The notes beneath the pieces are model-generated. The model was given only the letters and a program-made list of their open reading frames with translations. It did not search any database and was not told the origin of the DNA. A DNA stretch of 62,235 bases, the filler included, from Nemertoderma westbladi (Eukaryota; Animalia; Xenacoelomorpha), in NCBI GenBank assembly GCA_032718475.1. It is 3 parts of 3 records of this genome, joined end to end, with 100 filler letters (N's around TTAATTAATTAA, not from the genome) between each part and the next. Parts side by side here need not be neighbours in the genome. Positions count along the whole stretch, not along the records: positions 21,098 to 46,238 come from JAUCBJ010004667.1; 2 more parts are not named here. One strand, given 5' to 3'. Below are positions 25,882-39,250 of this stretch, piece after piece. How positions within the stretch are numbered: the stretch's first letter is position 1; the number at the start of each line of letters is the position of its first letter. A program made the translations under genes and the position numbers.

Positions 25882-26676
25882 TACATGCATTGCTGAACGA
25901 GAAACCCCTACCGTATTGAAATCTTATTTTGGCACTATTGAGATTGACTAATAGGTGACCCGACCCTCCTAATCTGCTAATCCTGAAATCACATGATCTG
26001 AAGTCACTAGTGGTGCACCGTCAGTAAAGGAGCAGCAAGCAGGTTACAGGGTCGAGTTGAAAGAAACCAAGACAATAAACGAGTTAGCAATATTGTACGG
26101 TGGGTGACGGTAGAATAGAAAGACAAATTTCAGGATTAGCTGATTAGGAGGGTCCCCTATTACTTTATTTGTCACTTCACTAGTACCTCTTATTATTTCT
26201 CTCGATAGTCAACTTATAAAAAATTACTACCGCATTATTGAATATAAATATAAGATACCGTTCAAAGGAACACCTTGTCGTTGAGGTATACTCAGCCATG
26301 ATTTTCACTCGTGCTGCTCGAAAAAATCCAATATTTTACATATTTTATTTGTTTCACGAAGTTACGCATAGGTGGGATTCGCGACAGGGGAAGGTTGTCC
26401 GTGTCACTGTTCCTTTAAATGTGATAGAACCTTCTTAGGAAATATAGTGGGGTAATCTACTATATTAATAATTGGGCAAGAACTGTAATTTCGGAAGAAA
26501 ATCAAATTAGCTATTACATAATAATTGTTATTCGCTACATAAACGTTAGGTAACTATATACTCCAGTATGTTTGGTAAACTGCCTATATCGTGAGCTAAT
26601 TTTTACTAGTTTTTTGCTAGTTTTTATCATAAGGCTGTAAGGGTACTATTATACAATAACTAAATTATTAATACAG

Positions 26677-26883
26677 ACTATCCAGGCAACCCCTGAGCAA
26701 CTGAGACTCGCCCAGATGACCCAACAAGTGAGTCCGCAGACTCACGATGCGTCTGAGATAGAGGATCGTGTGGAACAGATTGTTGGTTGCACCGGTTGTA
26801 CGGAGGACCAGGCTATAACGGCACTACATGATGCCGGTGGGGATGTATCTGTCGCAGTGAACGCATTATTGGAAGGAGCCGAG
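26677..26883 (+). CDS. UBAP2: UBAP2 exon 2 (UBA-like domain)
   Basis: TIQATPEQLRLAQM...IEDRVEQIVGCTGCTEDQAITALHDAGGDVSVAVNALLEG matches the UBAP2/lingerer QATAEQIRLAQM...ALHD..GDV..A.N.LLEG signature. AG/GT boundaries, phase 0/0. Confidence 0.93.
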
Positions 26884-28449
26884 GTTGGCTATTTATTGTC
26901 TATTTAATATTATTTATTGATATTGCGCTGGGTTGGGCAGTCTGATATGGTAATTGTTTATGTGAAATTATATCTGATCATGTTATTCCTCTAGTTGTAG
27001 TTGCAGTATTACACAGTAATGCAATGGAGAATATGGAAACACCAAATCTGAACTAGGCGCCTTTCTTTTTTTATTGTAAAACTTATTAAAACAGGGGATT
27101 TTCGTATGGCTACTTTGTGGTGTAAGATTTTGTAGCCCTGCGCAATATTTTAGAGACTACGCTCAAGTGTTAATATATATTTTAGTGTTTTCGCATGATT
27201 GTGCTCCATTCTTTATAGTTCATGCGCCGCAAGCGTTGCTCGAGTAAACCCCGACTTGAAAGTGTAAATTTAACGACTTTTCACCCAAATGCATTCCTGC
27301 AAATAGGTTACTAAAACGCGAATGTTGGTATTACAATAAATTTTGTCCCTGAATCCTAATATGGCAATGTTCTATGAAATAAACTAAAAATCATACTTAC
27401 TTACCAGTTTCTCGACCCAGTTTCCATAATGCGTCCACATCCCATACTTGCCAAATCAGAAAAAAAACTGAAGCGCAAATTTTGAAATAAGTATATTTAA
27501 CGATGCATCGAAACGCGGCAAAGTAGTTGAAAATCGCCTAAATACTTTTTTTAAACACATAATTTTTAAATACATTTACTTATATATTTGGGGTATTTAA
27601 TTTCCTTCAAATAAGGCCAACACCAGGTCCTATAATATAGTGACATAATTCAGTGCCACCCCCCCCCCCCCCCCCCCCCAGTTTTTCTACAACCTACATA
27701 CCAATTACAATCCAGACTTTCCGTTTACATGTAACAATAATATGTTACTTTTATTGTATTATTGAAGAATAGATACCATCTTTATAACTTTTGGCCTATA
27801 TTTGATACACTCAGTGTATTTTTTATCATTTTTATATGTTTCTCTTACTGCACAAAGCTAGTGTTGCAGAATTCTGACATAATTAATAATATATACAGGT
27901 CAGATATGTACCTACCGGTTTCTCTTTTTTATTATTTCGATATTGATTTCAATGTTCCCGAACTTTTATTCCCATAATATAGATGGTTGCCGTATAACAT
28001 GCTTTCTGCGTTGTGGTGTTAAATTTGCAACCACACTTTTATGTGCAGTTTTAACAAGTTTTCTTAGAGATTTACACCCTTTAAATTATATAATATGGAA
28101 TGGATACTAACAGATGATCGAACATTACGTAAAACATCCCTCGATAAATTTTACTTTTTGCCGACATAACTCTATTTTTCATCTTTGCATCTTATGTGGA
28201 AAAGCCATAACCGGTTACGGTAACCAATTTTAAACATTCAAATTTGGAAATTTTTTTAGAATTTGCAATTTAGGCCGTGGGTTGTCTGCTAATGCGTGAG
28301 AATTTAGATTTTCGCCATGGATATTACAATTGAGTCGAGTTCTCGCTAATATTCTATTTTCATTCCCTTAGCTAACAATCTTCACCTTCCATACAAACTT
28401 CCCATTGAGAGCAAACTTATACTGTAACTTATTATTACATTATTTCTAG

Positions 28450-28648
28450 GACCAAAGCATGGAATGGCACACAACTGGTCGTAAAAAGAAAGCGATTCAG
28501 CAGGTAGTCGTTATAAAGGCCCCGCCAACAGAGCAACCTAGTAACCAAGCCCCTTCACAACGGAGTTCCAGGGGTAGACGGGCCGTCAAAGCAGAAGATA
28601 GTCGCAGTAGGAGTAAAGGGGGCGGAGCTGACAGACCAGGGCGTCGTT
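28450..28648 (+). CDS. UBAP2: UBAP2 exon 3
   Basis: TTTCTAG|GAC; DQSMEWHTTGRKKK (conserved W...GKKK after the UBA); T|GTAAGT, phase 1. Confidence 0.88.
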
Positions 28649-28893
28649 GTAAGTCAAACAATACGGTTATCTGTGTGTGTCGTGGTGTTCGCATAACTTC
28701 AGTAAAATATGACAAATTATGAGTGAAAAATGATTCTTTAAAAGGCTGATAATGTAATATATAAAATTTTCCCAAAAACTTATTGACACACAAATTGCAG
28801 TCCACATATTTTTGTAAAACGCTTCTCTTTTTAGATTTCTGACCCGAATGTGTTATGTACATACAGTACACCATGTCCCAGACACATTATTTA

Positions 28894-31800
28894 CACCATG
28901 TCCCAGAATATAGTGTCGTTGTTCAGTGACACCTTCCCCCCCCCCCCCCCCCACCCCCTAATTTTTCTACAAATCTTAATGAGATCGCATGAAATTTGAA
29001 ACAGAGATAGTTTCACCTCCCGACCACTGACTGGGTGAGACAGAATATTTATTTTTGCTTTCAATCTTTAGCTACAAGAGTTTAAAAAAAGTGTCTCCCG
29101 CGATATTACACCAGTTACACCGCAGTTATTCTTCTACCTTATAGCTGTTTGTTGGTACCAATGGAAAGCTGGTCATGCAAGGATTCCAAATATGTAAAAC
29201 ACAATTTGAATTTCGTTGAAAAATAGCTGAGATATGGGCGTTCAAATTTTGCATGGTTTTGTACCTATGCGAGGCTATTTTATTCTATTTAATAAATGCA
29301 TCATAATCTCGAGTACCAAAGGCATCAAGGAACAACCTTGCTAACCTTTACTCTGATATTTTATCATCAATCACAGATAACCCTTCAGATATCATAGCGT
29401 GGAAGAAGTTACTCCTTGTCAGCCATTACTGTCTAGAAGCTCCCAAACGGGGTGGCCGTCGACACCAGGGATCTTTAGCCTCGCAGATCAACCAGCGTAT
29501 CAACGGCTTCCGAAACCTCAAGGAATTTCCATCAGACCCAAAAACCCTAATTCGCAAACCATATAATAAGAAGGACGAACTAGCCCGTCTCGCAACTTCT
29601 GTGGCGGAAAAAATTGAAGATGGGGATGTGAAGGGAGCCATACGCCTCGCCTCCTCGGCTGATTCAATGGCACCGCACAACCCACAAACCAGTGAGTTAC
29701 TACGACTTAAACACCCACCTCGACCCGATGACCGAGCTCAACCAGCTCCTCCTACTGAATCTGTTCCACCACCTTGCACTACATCGGATGCCAGGAACCT
29801 AATAGCCTCATTCTCCAGCGGCAGCGCCGGCGGGCTCGATGGTATGAGACCTCAGATATTAAAAGATCTCACCGGCCCCACCTCTGGGATGTCTGGAAAT
29901 CGTCTTCTGGGTGCCATCGCGAAATTCATTGGCATAACACACGCCGGGAAAGTTCCAGATAAAATTGGACCAACTTACTTCGGAGCCAATCTGCTAGCAT
30001 TTACGAAGAATTTCGGTGGCATCCGGCCAATCGCCGTAGCCAATACCTGGTGTAGACTAAGTGCCAAATATGCCAGCCACACAGTCAAAGACCAGCGCAT
30101 CGAATCTTAAGGCCACATCCAGTTTGGAATAGGAACAAATAATGGGGCAGAGGCTGCAGCCCACGCGACCCGGTCCTTGATATCTTCAACGAACGCTCCC
30201 AACACGGTGTTGCTGAAGGTAGATTTTAGCAGTGCCTTCAATTCACTTCGACGTGATGCCATCCTTGAGACTGTGGCGAGGAAGTATCCCAGCATATATA
30301 ACTATACGTTGGCTGCCTATGGTAACTCAAGCTTTCTATTTCACGGTGATGAAATCTTAGTCTTTGATAAAGGAGCCCAACAAGGTGACCCCGAGGGACC
30401 CCCTCTCTTCGGAGACATGATCAACAACACCATCCACTCATTGAAATACGATTTCAACATATGGTATCTTACGATCGTAACATGGCAGGATTGTATACCG
30501 TTGTTCTAGACGATCTGAGAACGATAATTGTGGAAGGGAAGAAACTCGGCCTCACCCTAAACCCCTCGAAGTGCGAGCTATTTTTTCTGGGTCCAGTGTC
30601 TGACGATGATCGAGCCCGGATTCAGGAAGATTTCAATAGAGTTTGTGGTGGAAAGATCCAGTTACCTTCAGCTGACCAACTGATTATGCTAGGGGCCCCA
30701 ATCGGATCCGAGGCTATAGAGTCCTGTCTGACTGACAAGATAAACGACTTGGCCTTGAATAGCGACCGGCTTCATCTCCTCGACAGCCACCATGGATTCT
30801 TCTTGCTTAGGAACTCTTTCGCAATCCCTCGCCTGCTATATTACCTCCGCTCTGCTCCATGTTTTTCGTTTCCCCAGCTTCTGGAAAGATATGACGATAC
30901 ACTGCGGTCTGCGTTGGTGAAAATAGGAAACGTCGGAATCAATGACAGTTCATGGATACAGGCCTGTTTACCAGCTCGTTCAGGCGGGTTGGGCCTAAGC
31001 TCAGCCATACAGCCCGCCCCTTCTGCCTATCTGGCTTCTGCGGCTGCATGTGCTGAACTTCTGGCTGTCTTTTCACCGCCACTGCGCCTACTCCATCTCA
31101 AAACACCTTAACTGATCACGCCTATGAGCTCTGGAAGAGATCGGTGGCCACCGATTGCGAGCAACCTTCAGTGTCCTCTGTAAACATGCAGAAGACTTGG
31201 ACAAACCCGATCCACGAAGAGAACCTCGCGTCACTTCCCCGCACCGCTTCTCCAAAGAATATCGCTCGACTAAACTCTTTAGATGACCCTGTCGCCGGTT
31301 GCTGGATAGACGCGCTACCATCGTCGTCGCTAGGTTTAAAGCTAACTGACAGTCAGCTCCGCATCTCAATCGCTACTCGACTAGGCTGTCGAGTCACAGA
31401 ACAACACACATGCGCCAGATGCGGTAAGGAAGTCGATACCGACGGCCTACATGGCCTGTCCTGCCAGAGGAGCTTGGGGCGGATTCCGCGCCACACGGCG
31501 CTAAATGACATCATAAAGCGCGCACTCTCCAGCTGTGGTGTTCCGTCCATCCTGGAGCCGCCCAGGCCTCTGTCGAACGGACGGTAAACGCCCAGACGGC
31601 ATGACCCTCATCCCTTGGTCGCGCGGTAAGTCCCTGACGTGGGACGCGACGGTCGTAGACCCTCTAGCGCCCAGCCATCTCGCTACCAGTCTATCCGCAG
31701 GAGGTCGTGTTGCCGAGGGGCAAGAAGAGTCCAAATCCAGAAAGTACGAAGAACTAGTAGACCGAGGATACCTCTTCGCTCCAGTTGCCTTCGAAACGCT

Positions 31801-32632
31801 TGGCCGGCCAGGACCAGCAACAACGTCATTCCTGAAAGAGGTCGGCAGGAAGATTCGACAAGCAACACAGGAACCCCGGTCTCATCGATTCCTGCTGCAA
31901 AGACTCCTGATAGCCATCCTAATCGGCAACTCGGCCTCGATCCTAGGAACTGTAGACTCCACTAACAATAGCGGCCTCTTCGACATACTTGAAGAACATT
32001 CTATTCGTTGAATCCTATTTAATTCTATTGTTTAAACCTATCTATCAATCTATAAGCTAAGGTTCCACTGTATGCTGTAGCGATAATTTTGTAATTTGTG
32101 TTATCGTTAAATGCTATGTTCGGTTGATTTAAAAAAAAAATGGAGTGTTATCATAATCTGGAATATTTTGTTTATCCAAATACGTAGCGGGGCAACAATG
32201 CATTACATCTTCAATCATACTGTTATGTAGCTATTCATACATTTAAAAAATGTTCCAGAATATGGTTTATTTATTAAATAGAATAAAATAACCTCGCGCA
32301 GGTGCAAATCCATGCAACATTTGAACGCCCATATCTCAGCTATTTTTCAACGAAATTCAAATTGTGTTACATATTTGGAATCCTTGAAGAGCTAGCTTTC
32401 CATAAGGTAGAAGAATACCTGCGGTGTAACTGGTGTAATATCGCTGGAGACACTTTTTTTTGTAGCTAAAGATTGAAAGCAAAAATAAAAATTCTGGCTC
32501 ACCCAGTCAGGTCGGGAGGTGAAACTATCTCTGTTTCAAATTTCATGCAATCTCATTAAGATTTGTAGAAAAATTAGGGGGGGGGGGGGGGGGGTGTCAC
32601 TGAATCACGACACTATATTCTAGGACATGGTG
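28894..32632. mobile_element. Long-TIR MITE (same family) split by a CRE-like insertion
   Basis: TA|CACCATGTCC...GGACATGGTG|TA with arms of about 400 bp; the left terminal 16 bp is also duplicated at 28867-28882. Confidence 0.88.
29310..32149 (+). mobile_element. CRE-clade-like non-LTR retrotransposon (RT + CCHC + restriction-like endonuclease), 5'-truncated and frameshifted
   Basis: GIRPIAV, LKVDFSSAFNS, GAQQGDP, CARCG...HGLSC, RH, RPDG, WDATVVD, K..KY, PVAFETLG. Poly(A) at 32131-32140. ATCATAATCT repeated at 29300-29309 and 32150-32159. Confidence 0.85.
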
Positions 32633-32739
32633 TATTTAGTTTGTGAAAAAATAACTATACTTGCTTACATCACCTAAATATTACAATCACTGTGATTGAT
32701 ATTATTGTTAAAAAATTATTATTATTGTTTTTGTTTTAG

Positions 32740-32941
32740 CCCGGGATTCCGGAAATACCGACAATACAAACGCAGAGCCACCCGGCGTTGACAATTCCGC
32801 AGGAACAAACAGCGTGGAAGCATCAGCCGATGGAATCTACACGTGGACAGACCGATTTGGTAGAGGTCGTGGTGGCCCCTCTAGTGGAGGAAGGGGGCGG
32901 TCACGGGGTGGAGGCGGGAGTCGTGTTGGGAGAGGATCAAG
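32740..32941 (+). CDS. UBAP2: UBAP2 exon 4 (RGG-rich)
   Basis: TTTTAG|CC, phase 1; ...DRFGRGRGGPSSGGRGRSRGGGGSRVGRGS; AG|GTAAGG, phase 2. Confidence 0.85.
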
Positions 32942-34976
32942 GTAAGGAACGGCAGGGATGCTACTGGATGAGGAACAGTTGGAACGCTACTAGGTAAGGA
33001 ACGGCTGGAACTCTACTAGGTAAGGAACAGTTGGTACTCTATTAGGTAAGGAACAGTTGGAACTCTGCTAGGTAAGGAACAGTTGGAACTCTAGTAAGTA
33101 AGGAACAGTTGGAACTCTATTAGGTAAGGGACAGTTGGAACTCTATTAGGTAAGGGACAGTTGGAACTCTACTAGGTAAGGAACAGTTGGAACTCTACTA
33201 GGTAAGGAACAGTTGGTACTCTAATAGGTAAGGAACAGTTGGAACTCTACTAGGTAAGGAACAGTTGGAACTCTACTAGGTAAGGAACAGTTGGTACTCT
33301 ACTAGGTAAGGAACAGTTGGAACTCTATTAGGTAAGGAACAGTTGGAACTCTATTAGGTAAGGAACAGCTGGAACTCTACTAGGTAAGGAACAGTTGGAA
33401 CTCTATTAGGTAAGGAACAGTTGGAACTCTACTAGGTAAGGAACAGTTGGAACTCTACTAGGTAAGGAACAGTTGGTACTCTAATAGGTAAGGAACAGTT
33501 GGAACTCTACTAGGTAAAGAACAGTTGGAACTCTATTAGGTAAGGGACAGTTGGAACTCTACTAGGTAAGGAACAGTTGGTACTCTAATAGGTAAGGAAC
33601 AGTTGGAACTCTACTAGGTAAAGAACAGTTGGAACTCCATTAGGTAAGGAACAGTTGGAACTCTATTAGGTAAGGAACAGCTGGAACTCTACTAGGTAAG
33701 GAACAGTTGGAACTCTATTAGGTAAGGAACAGTTGGAACTCTATTAGGTAAGGAACAGCTGGAACTCTACTAGGTAAGGAACAGTTGGAACTCTACTAGG
33801 TAAGGAAGAGTTGGAACTCTACTAGGTAAGGAACAGTTGGAACTCTACTAGGTAAGGAAGAGTTGGAACTCTACTGGGTAAGGGACAGTTGGAACTCTAT
33901 GAAGTAAGGAACAGCTGGAACTCTACTAGGTAAGGAACAATTGGAACTCTACTAGGTAAGGAACAGTTGGTACTCTACTGGGTAAGGAACAGTTGGAACT
34001 CTACTGGGTAAGGAAGAGTTGGAACTCTACTAGGTAAGGAACAGTTGGAACTCTATTAGGTAAGGGACAGTTGGAACTCTAGTAAGTAAGGAACAGTTGG
34101 TACTCTACTAGGTAAGGAACAGTTGGTACTCTACTGGGTAAGGAACAGTTGGAATTCTACTAGGTAACGAACAGTTGTTGGAACTCTATTAGGTAAGGAA
34201 CAGTTGGAACTCTACTGGGTAAGGAACAGTTGGAATTCTACTAGGTAAGGAACAGTTGGAACTCTACTGGGTAAGGAAGAGTTGGAACTCTACTAGGTAA
34301 GGAACAGTTGGAACTCTATGAAGTAAGGAACAGCTGGAACTCTACTAGGTAAGGAACAATTGGAACTCTACTAGGTAAGGAACAGTTGGTACTCTACTGG
34401 GTAAGGAACAGTTGGAATTCTACTGGGTAAGGAACAGTTGGAATTCTACTAGGTAAGGAACAGTTGGAACTCTACTGGGTAAGGAAGAGTTGGAACTCTA
34501 CTAGGTAAGGAACAGTTGGAACTCTATTAGGTAAGGGACAGTTGGAACTCTAGTAAGTAAGGAACAGTTGGTACTCTACTAGGTAAGGAACAGTTGGTAC
34601 TCTACTGGGTAAGGAACAGTTGGAATTCTACTAGGTAACGAACAGTTGTTGGAACTCTATTAGGTAAGGAACAGTTGGAACTCTACTGGGTAAGGAACAG
34701 TTGGAATTCTACTAGGTAAGGAACAGTTGGAACTCTACTGGGTAAGGAAGAGTTGGAACTCTACTAGGTAAGGAACAGTTGGAACTCTATTAGGTAAGGG
34801 ACAGTTGGAACTCTAGTAAGTAAGGAACAGTTGGTACTCTACTAGGTAAGGAACAGTTGGAACTCTATTAGGTAAGGGACAGTTGGAACTCTACTAGGTA
34901 AAGAACAGTTGGAACTCTACTAGGTAAGGAACAGCTCTACTAGGTAAGGAACAGTTGGAACTCTATTAGGTAAGAA
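32942..34976 (+). repeat. 26-bp minisatellite, about 78 copies (TAGGTAAGGAACAGTTGGAACTCTAC), most carrying AG|GTAAG
   Basis: Starts at the exon-4 donor. A variant unit recurs at 34161 and 34632 (471-bp higher-order repeat). Residual units at about 35308 and 36570-36640. Confidence 0.97.
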
Positions 34977-34989
34977 GCAGAGTAACAGA

Positions 34990-35310
34990 CCCTATATCAC
35001 ATAGGAGGTATCTCATTGGTTCCCCCAAGCTTGACACTAGAGCAAAGTCGCCTCCGCTTTGCAGGACATTGCTTTCGCCGTGATGACCAGCCAGTGCATA
35101 ATCTTGTGCTTTGGCAGCCTCATGGACTGAATAAGCATGGTGGGCAGCCCATGACTTTCTTGAGACGCATCTTAAAGGACACTGGCCTTGAAGATGCGGA
35201 TGATGTAGCAAATGTCATGGGTGATAGGGAGTTGTGGCTGGGCAATTTTGTCGACAAGCCGGCACAGCATTCTTAAAAATGCAGCATGCCGATCCTAGTA
35301 GTAGTAGTAG
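34990..35310 (+). mobile_element. RTE family A 3' fragment
   Basis: RLRFAGHCFR...KPAQHS*, 3'UTR and (TAG)n running into a TAG|GTAAG array unit. Confidence 0.92.
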
Positions 35311-35334
35311 GTAAGAAACAGTTGGAAATTCTGC

Positions 35335-36562
35335 GCCTTAGAGAGGTCATTTCTGGACTTCCGAATTCTGTAGCCAGTCAGTCAGGGGTCTTTTTCCTGT
35401 TTCGAGGGTATATACAGGAACTGTTTCTGCAACTGCTTCTGTGATAACAGAATAGCCCCCACAGTGATCTGCCGCTTCAGGGGCGAGAGCCCCATACGGT
35501 TCCTATTGCTCAGCTATAGTGTATATAGTGTGAATCTGGATTAACACTATTGCTATAGACCCAGGGCGATGTAGATAATTGATGTAGAAGACTTGTTTAA
35601 TGTCACCCAGGGACGTAAATCATGTATGTTGATTGTTAATCCACTCCATCAGTAGCTGCTTGTACATTGTGTTAGAAATGTTCCACCTCCTCAACTTGGG
35701 CAATACTAGTTGGAGAATAGCACACAATCAGAACGACCTTAGGAAACTTCTTAGCAAGTCTTCCAGAACATGAGAAGTGGCAACGGATGATGTGGTTGGA
35801 GATTTTGTCCATTTTGTCCAAGGCTGCATGTGCAGTTGGATTCATCAATAGACCAATTCTACCATTGTCTTGTCACTATCATCTGCTGATGCGAGGGCGA
35901 GTCGCCAACCGCCCCCCATGTCCTTAATCAGAACCTCATCAGTCTGTCCAGTCCGCATTCCATGCTCTTGAATACTTACTGCGCTAAGGGAAAGCTTATC
36001 TGCCAACGCAGTGTCGCATTGGGGACCCGAATGTTAGGGTGTTAACTGAGGCTCTAGTGATTTGTCTCAGGTTTACCAAAGGCATGGTTGGTCGGGGTGG
36101 AACGTGAGATTATCCTCCAAATCCAGAATCCCTCTCCCCCTCACAATCTGGCCTCCCTGGTGACTCTGGTTCGGGCCAGAAAGGTCTTCGGGAAAGGGAC
36201 TCACATAATTGTTGGCCGCTCTCTCTCCAGTAAGGGGTGAGACAGGCATCAGGTCAGGAGATAACTGTCGCCTGTGAGACCAAAGTTGTGTTCGGTAATT
36301 CCACTGGCCTCTAATGCCCGACCTCCGCGTTTCTAATGTAATCCATAGTGGGGATGGGGGGTGCTTCTTGCCGAATCTGCACTCGGGGCAAAATACCACA
36401 CCCAGGGGTGCCATTCCACAGGGCGAATGTCGCAGTTGAGTCACATATGGAGCCCATCACCCAGACCTACAGTCTCTGAAGCACACATGACCCACCATTG
36501 GCCATGTAGCTCATCTGCTGGGCTGGGCCATGCCCTGTACCCTGCTGCCAGGTGCAGGTTCT
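35335..36562 (-). mobile_element. RTE family A 5' part (5'UTR/N-terminus and APE), degraded
   Basis: Similar to about 2250-3143 and to 49043-49545. Confidence 0.88.
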
Positions 36563-36835
36563 AGTATAGGTTAGGAACATATAGAACTCCACTGTGAGGT
36601 ACAGCTTTGGAACTCTATTAGGGAGGTAAGGTGGCACTCTAATGTTTACCTTAGTAGATTTAGATTGGAAAGTTTATTGATTTTTATAATTATTATTATT
36701 GATTGAAATTATATTGATTTTTCAATTTTTTTTAATTAATTTTCAGTCAATGTGGACCCCCCACTCGCTGTTTGTACGAGTTAATATATTTACTATTATT
36801 ATTTGTAGAATTTCGTTTTCGTTTATTTTCTACAG

Positions 36836-37026
36836 TTCCAGTCGGGGCGGAGGTAGATTCCACTCTCGACCGCCAGGTGGCGACGATGTTTTCTCCTCCG
36901 GTAAGATTGACACATGGGACGCGAGTGAATCTAGACGACCGGAACAACCCGCACCGGAAACGGTGACTTTCGGCACCGAAGATTGGTCCGCGGCGGAAGA
37001 CTGGACAGCCAGCGACGACTGGACAG
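36836..37026 (+). CDS. UBAP2: UBAP2 exon 5
   Basis: TTCTACAG|T, phase 2; SSRGGGRF...IDTWD...EDWSAAEDWTASDDWT acidic Trp repeats typical of UBAP2; G|GTGAGA, phase 1. Confidence 0.85.
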
Positions 37027-37650
37027 GTGAGAGATAGTGGATTGGATATCATATTGGAGATGGAGAGGGAGGGGGAGGGGGGGGGGTATTTTGTTGATGA
37101 CCAACATACTCATTTTGCGGTGATTCTATCTCATTCGAAACACAATTTGTTTATCACGATCACCCCTAACTATTTTGGCAATATGTCGTAACTTCTTAGT
37201 TCCTGAGGGTGTCTTACAACAAATATTATTTTTTGGTCTGATTTCCTGCACCCCTGATGTTTTATGGAGTAAATGGGGAATTCTGTTTTCTTTGGGGAGC
37301 TTTTCTCTCGCAGAAGATTTTTTTTGAACCCACCTTATTCTGCTTTCATGTATTGTAGTTTCCACTCGTTGAAAAACTTACCAACGTTTGTAAAACTCAA
37401 CCATTTGGACAGAATATGAACTTTCTGCGTTTGGCGCTTACTGTATTAAATTTTATCGCGTAGTAGTCCTTTACTTTACTCCTCGCCTTTTTTACTAGCA
37501 ATAAATAACTTAATTATTTATCAATTGATTTTATCACCTTATGAAACTGCATGAACCTGCTTGTTAATTAATTACCGGAGTTTAACTTTTTTGGATGTAA
37601 GAAGTGGACTTACTTTCCCATATCTGATTTATTTGCTTTGTCTGTTTTAG

Positions 37651-37858
37651 GAGAACTAACTGAACGGAGTATAGTGTTTGAACGCACGGCTCCCACAGTG
37701 ATTAATCTGGAACAGACGCCCGCATTACCATTGTTAACAGGAGCCTCAACCAACGGAGACACAACTGCTGTTCCGCCCAACCAAGCAGAATTAACAGCAG
37801 ACCCCGCCATACAATCACTGGGCCCAAGTATGGCATCTAAAAGGCCAACAGCTGAAAG
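37651..37858 (+). CDS. UBAP2: UBAP2 exon 6
   Basis: TTTTAG|GA; GELTERSIVF (compare DLSETKIF); AG|GTGGGC, phase 2. Confidence 0.78.
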
Positions 37859-38125
37859 GTGGGCGATCCAACAACAAAATGATTTGAAGACAAATAATAC
37901 TGTTTTATGGTACTGGGAACCTCCAATTATTAGCATAGCTAACCAATGTTGGCGCCTGGAGGGGCGGGGGGGGGGGGGGGTTGTCTTGTTATTAAATTTT
38001 GATAGCAAAAATATGCAATCCCAATTTCCTGATCTCTGAATTTCCGAGAAGTCTATAATCCCGCAAATTGGAAATGACTTTACGACTTTAGTAAACCTTG
38101 TGTTATTGTTTTTCTTTCTTTATAG

Positions 38126-38303
38126 CAACCAATCAAACAACGACATTATGTCTATGTTGCACCGTGCTGTAACTAAAGGCCCAGCCTCTGTCCATAGTCT
38201 ATCTACTGACAACAGTTCGGCTCTTCTCGGGCAGATTGGCGCCTTGAAACTGGGTAGTGTTGAATCGCCAATCCGCGTAAATGAACCAACACAGGTCCCT
38301 GCG
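38126..38303 (+). CDS. UBAP2: UBAP2 exon 7
   Basis: Pyrimidine tract TATAG|C, phase 2; open frame; GCG|GTAAGT, phase 0. Confidence 0.75.
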
Positions 38304-38933
38304 GTAAGTTACAGTTTGTTGTATTTTATTTAATGCGGTTTTTCACAGAATTCAGCTATTGGTTTAAGTTTTAAGTTTATTTTTTATTAAGTTTTTAGTT
38401 TAAGTTTTTCGGTCACTAAAACTTGCACGTGTGAATCAGCCATGGGTCTACGCTTTGAGCGCCGTGTTGGAAATTATAGTGGCAGCGTTGTTGATTTTTA
38501 TCAAATGTTGCAGGTGGAATACGATTTCGTAGTATTATTCATAGACAGCTCCGGAGAGTCTTGATAATATAATAATTTTACACAGTTATTCTCTGTATTT
38601 CTTTTTTTTTTTTTTTCTCTGTATTATTATATCATTTCACTATAATACCCGTGTACTGTTTATTAGCAAAATATGACATCATAAAATAATTTGGTCACCA
38701 ATGTAGTTTTAAATGTGACACAAACCAGAAACCACTACATATATAAAATGTGAAAATTTCACTGTTTTGATGAGAATCACATTAAATATTAGCATATCAT
38801 GTTATAAAAAAAATAGGTTAGAGCCCCAAGGCCTTGTTAGGGTGCCACCGTTACTAACTTTGTAGCTGATGATAATAGCCATTAGGTCTCCTCACCCTTT
38901 CCTGCTGCATATTGAGGTTGTTTTTCCTCTCAG

Positions 38934-39250
38934 GTATCCTCTATGGGATTCACTATGGAATCCCCACGAAACTTCCAGCCCCCTCCCCCCACGGATGCGC
39001 CCCCCTGGAGACCCCTGGCGGCCCCCGCAAGCACCACTATCGCCCCCGTTCTGACCCCCCCACAACCTCCCCCTTCCACCCTGCCCCAACGGCCCCCAAC
39101 CGCCTCCCGACTCGGGAACTCAGCCACCAGTGTCGCAAGCTTCGGTGGCTCTTTGCCACCCGCCGTGTCTCTGAGTGCAGTAAATAACTACGCCGCTGCA
39201 ATCAACAACTCAGACATTGGAGTTCGATCCAGCAGTCTACTTAAACAAAA
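38934..39250 (+). CDS. UBAP2: UBAP2 exon 8 (P/S/T-rich)
   Basis: CCTCTCAG|GTA, phase 0; VSSMGFTMESPRNFQPPPP...; AA|GTAAGT, phase 2. Confidence 0.75.
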
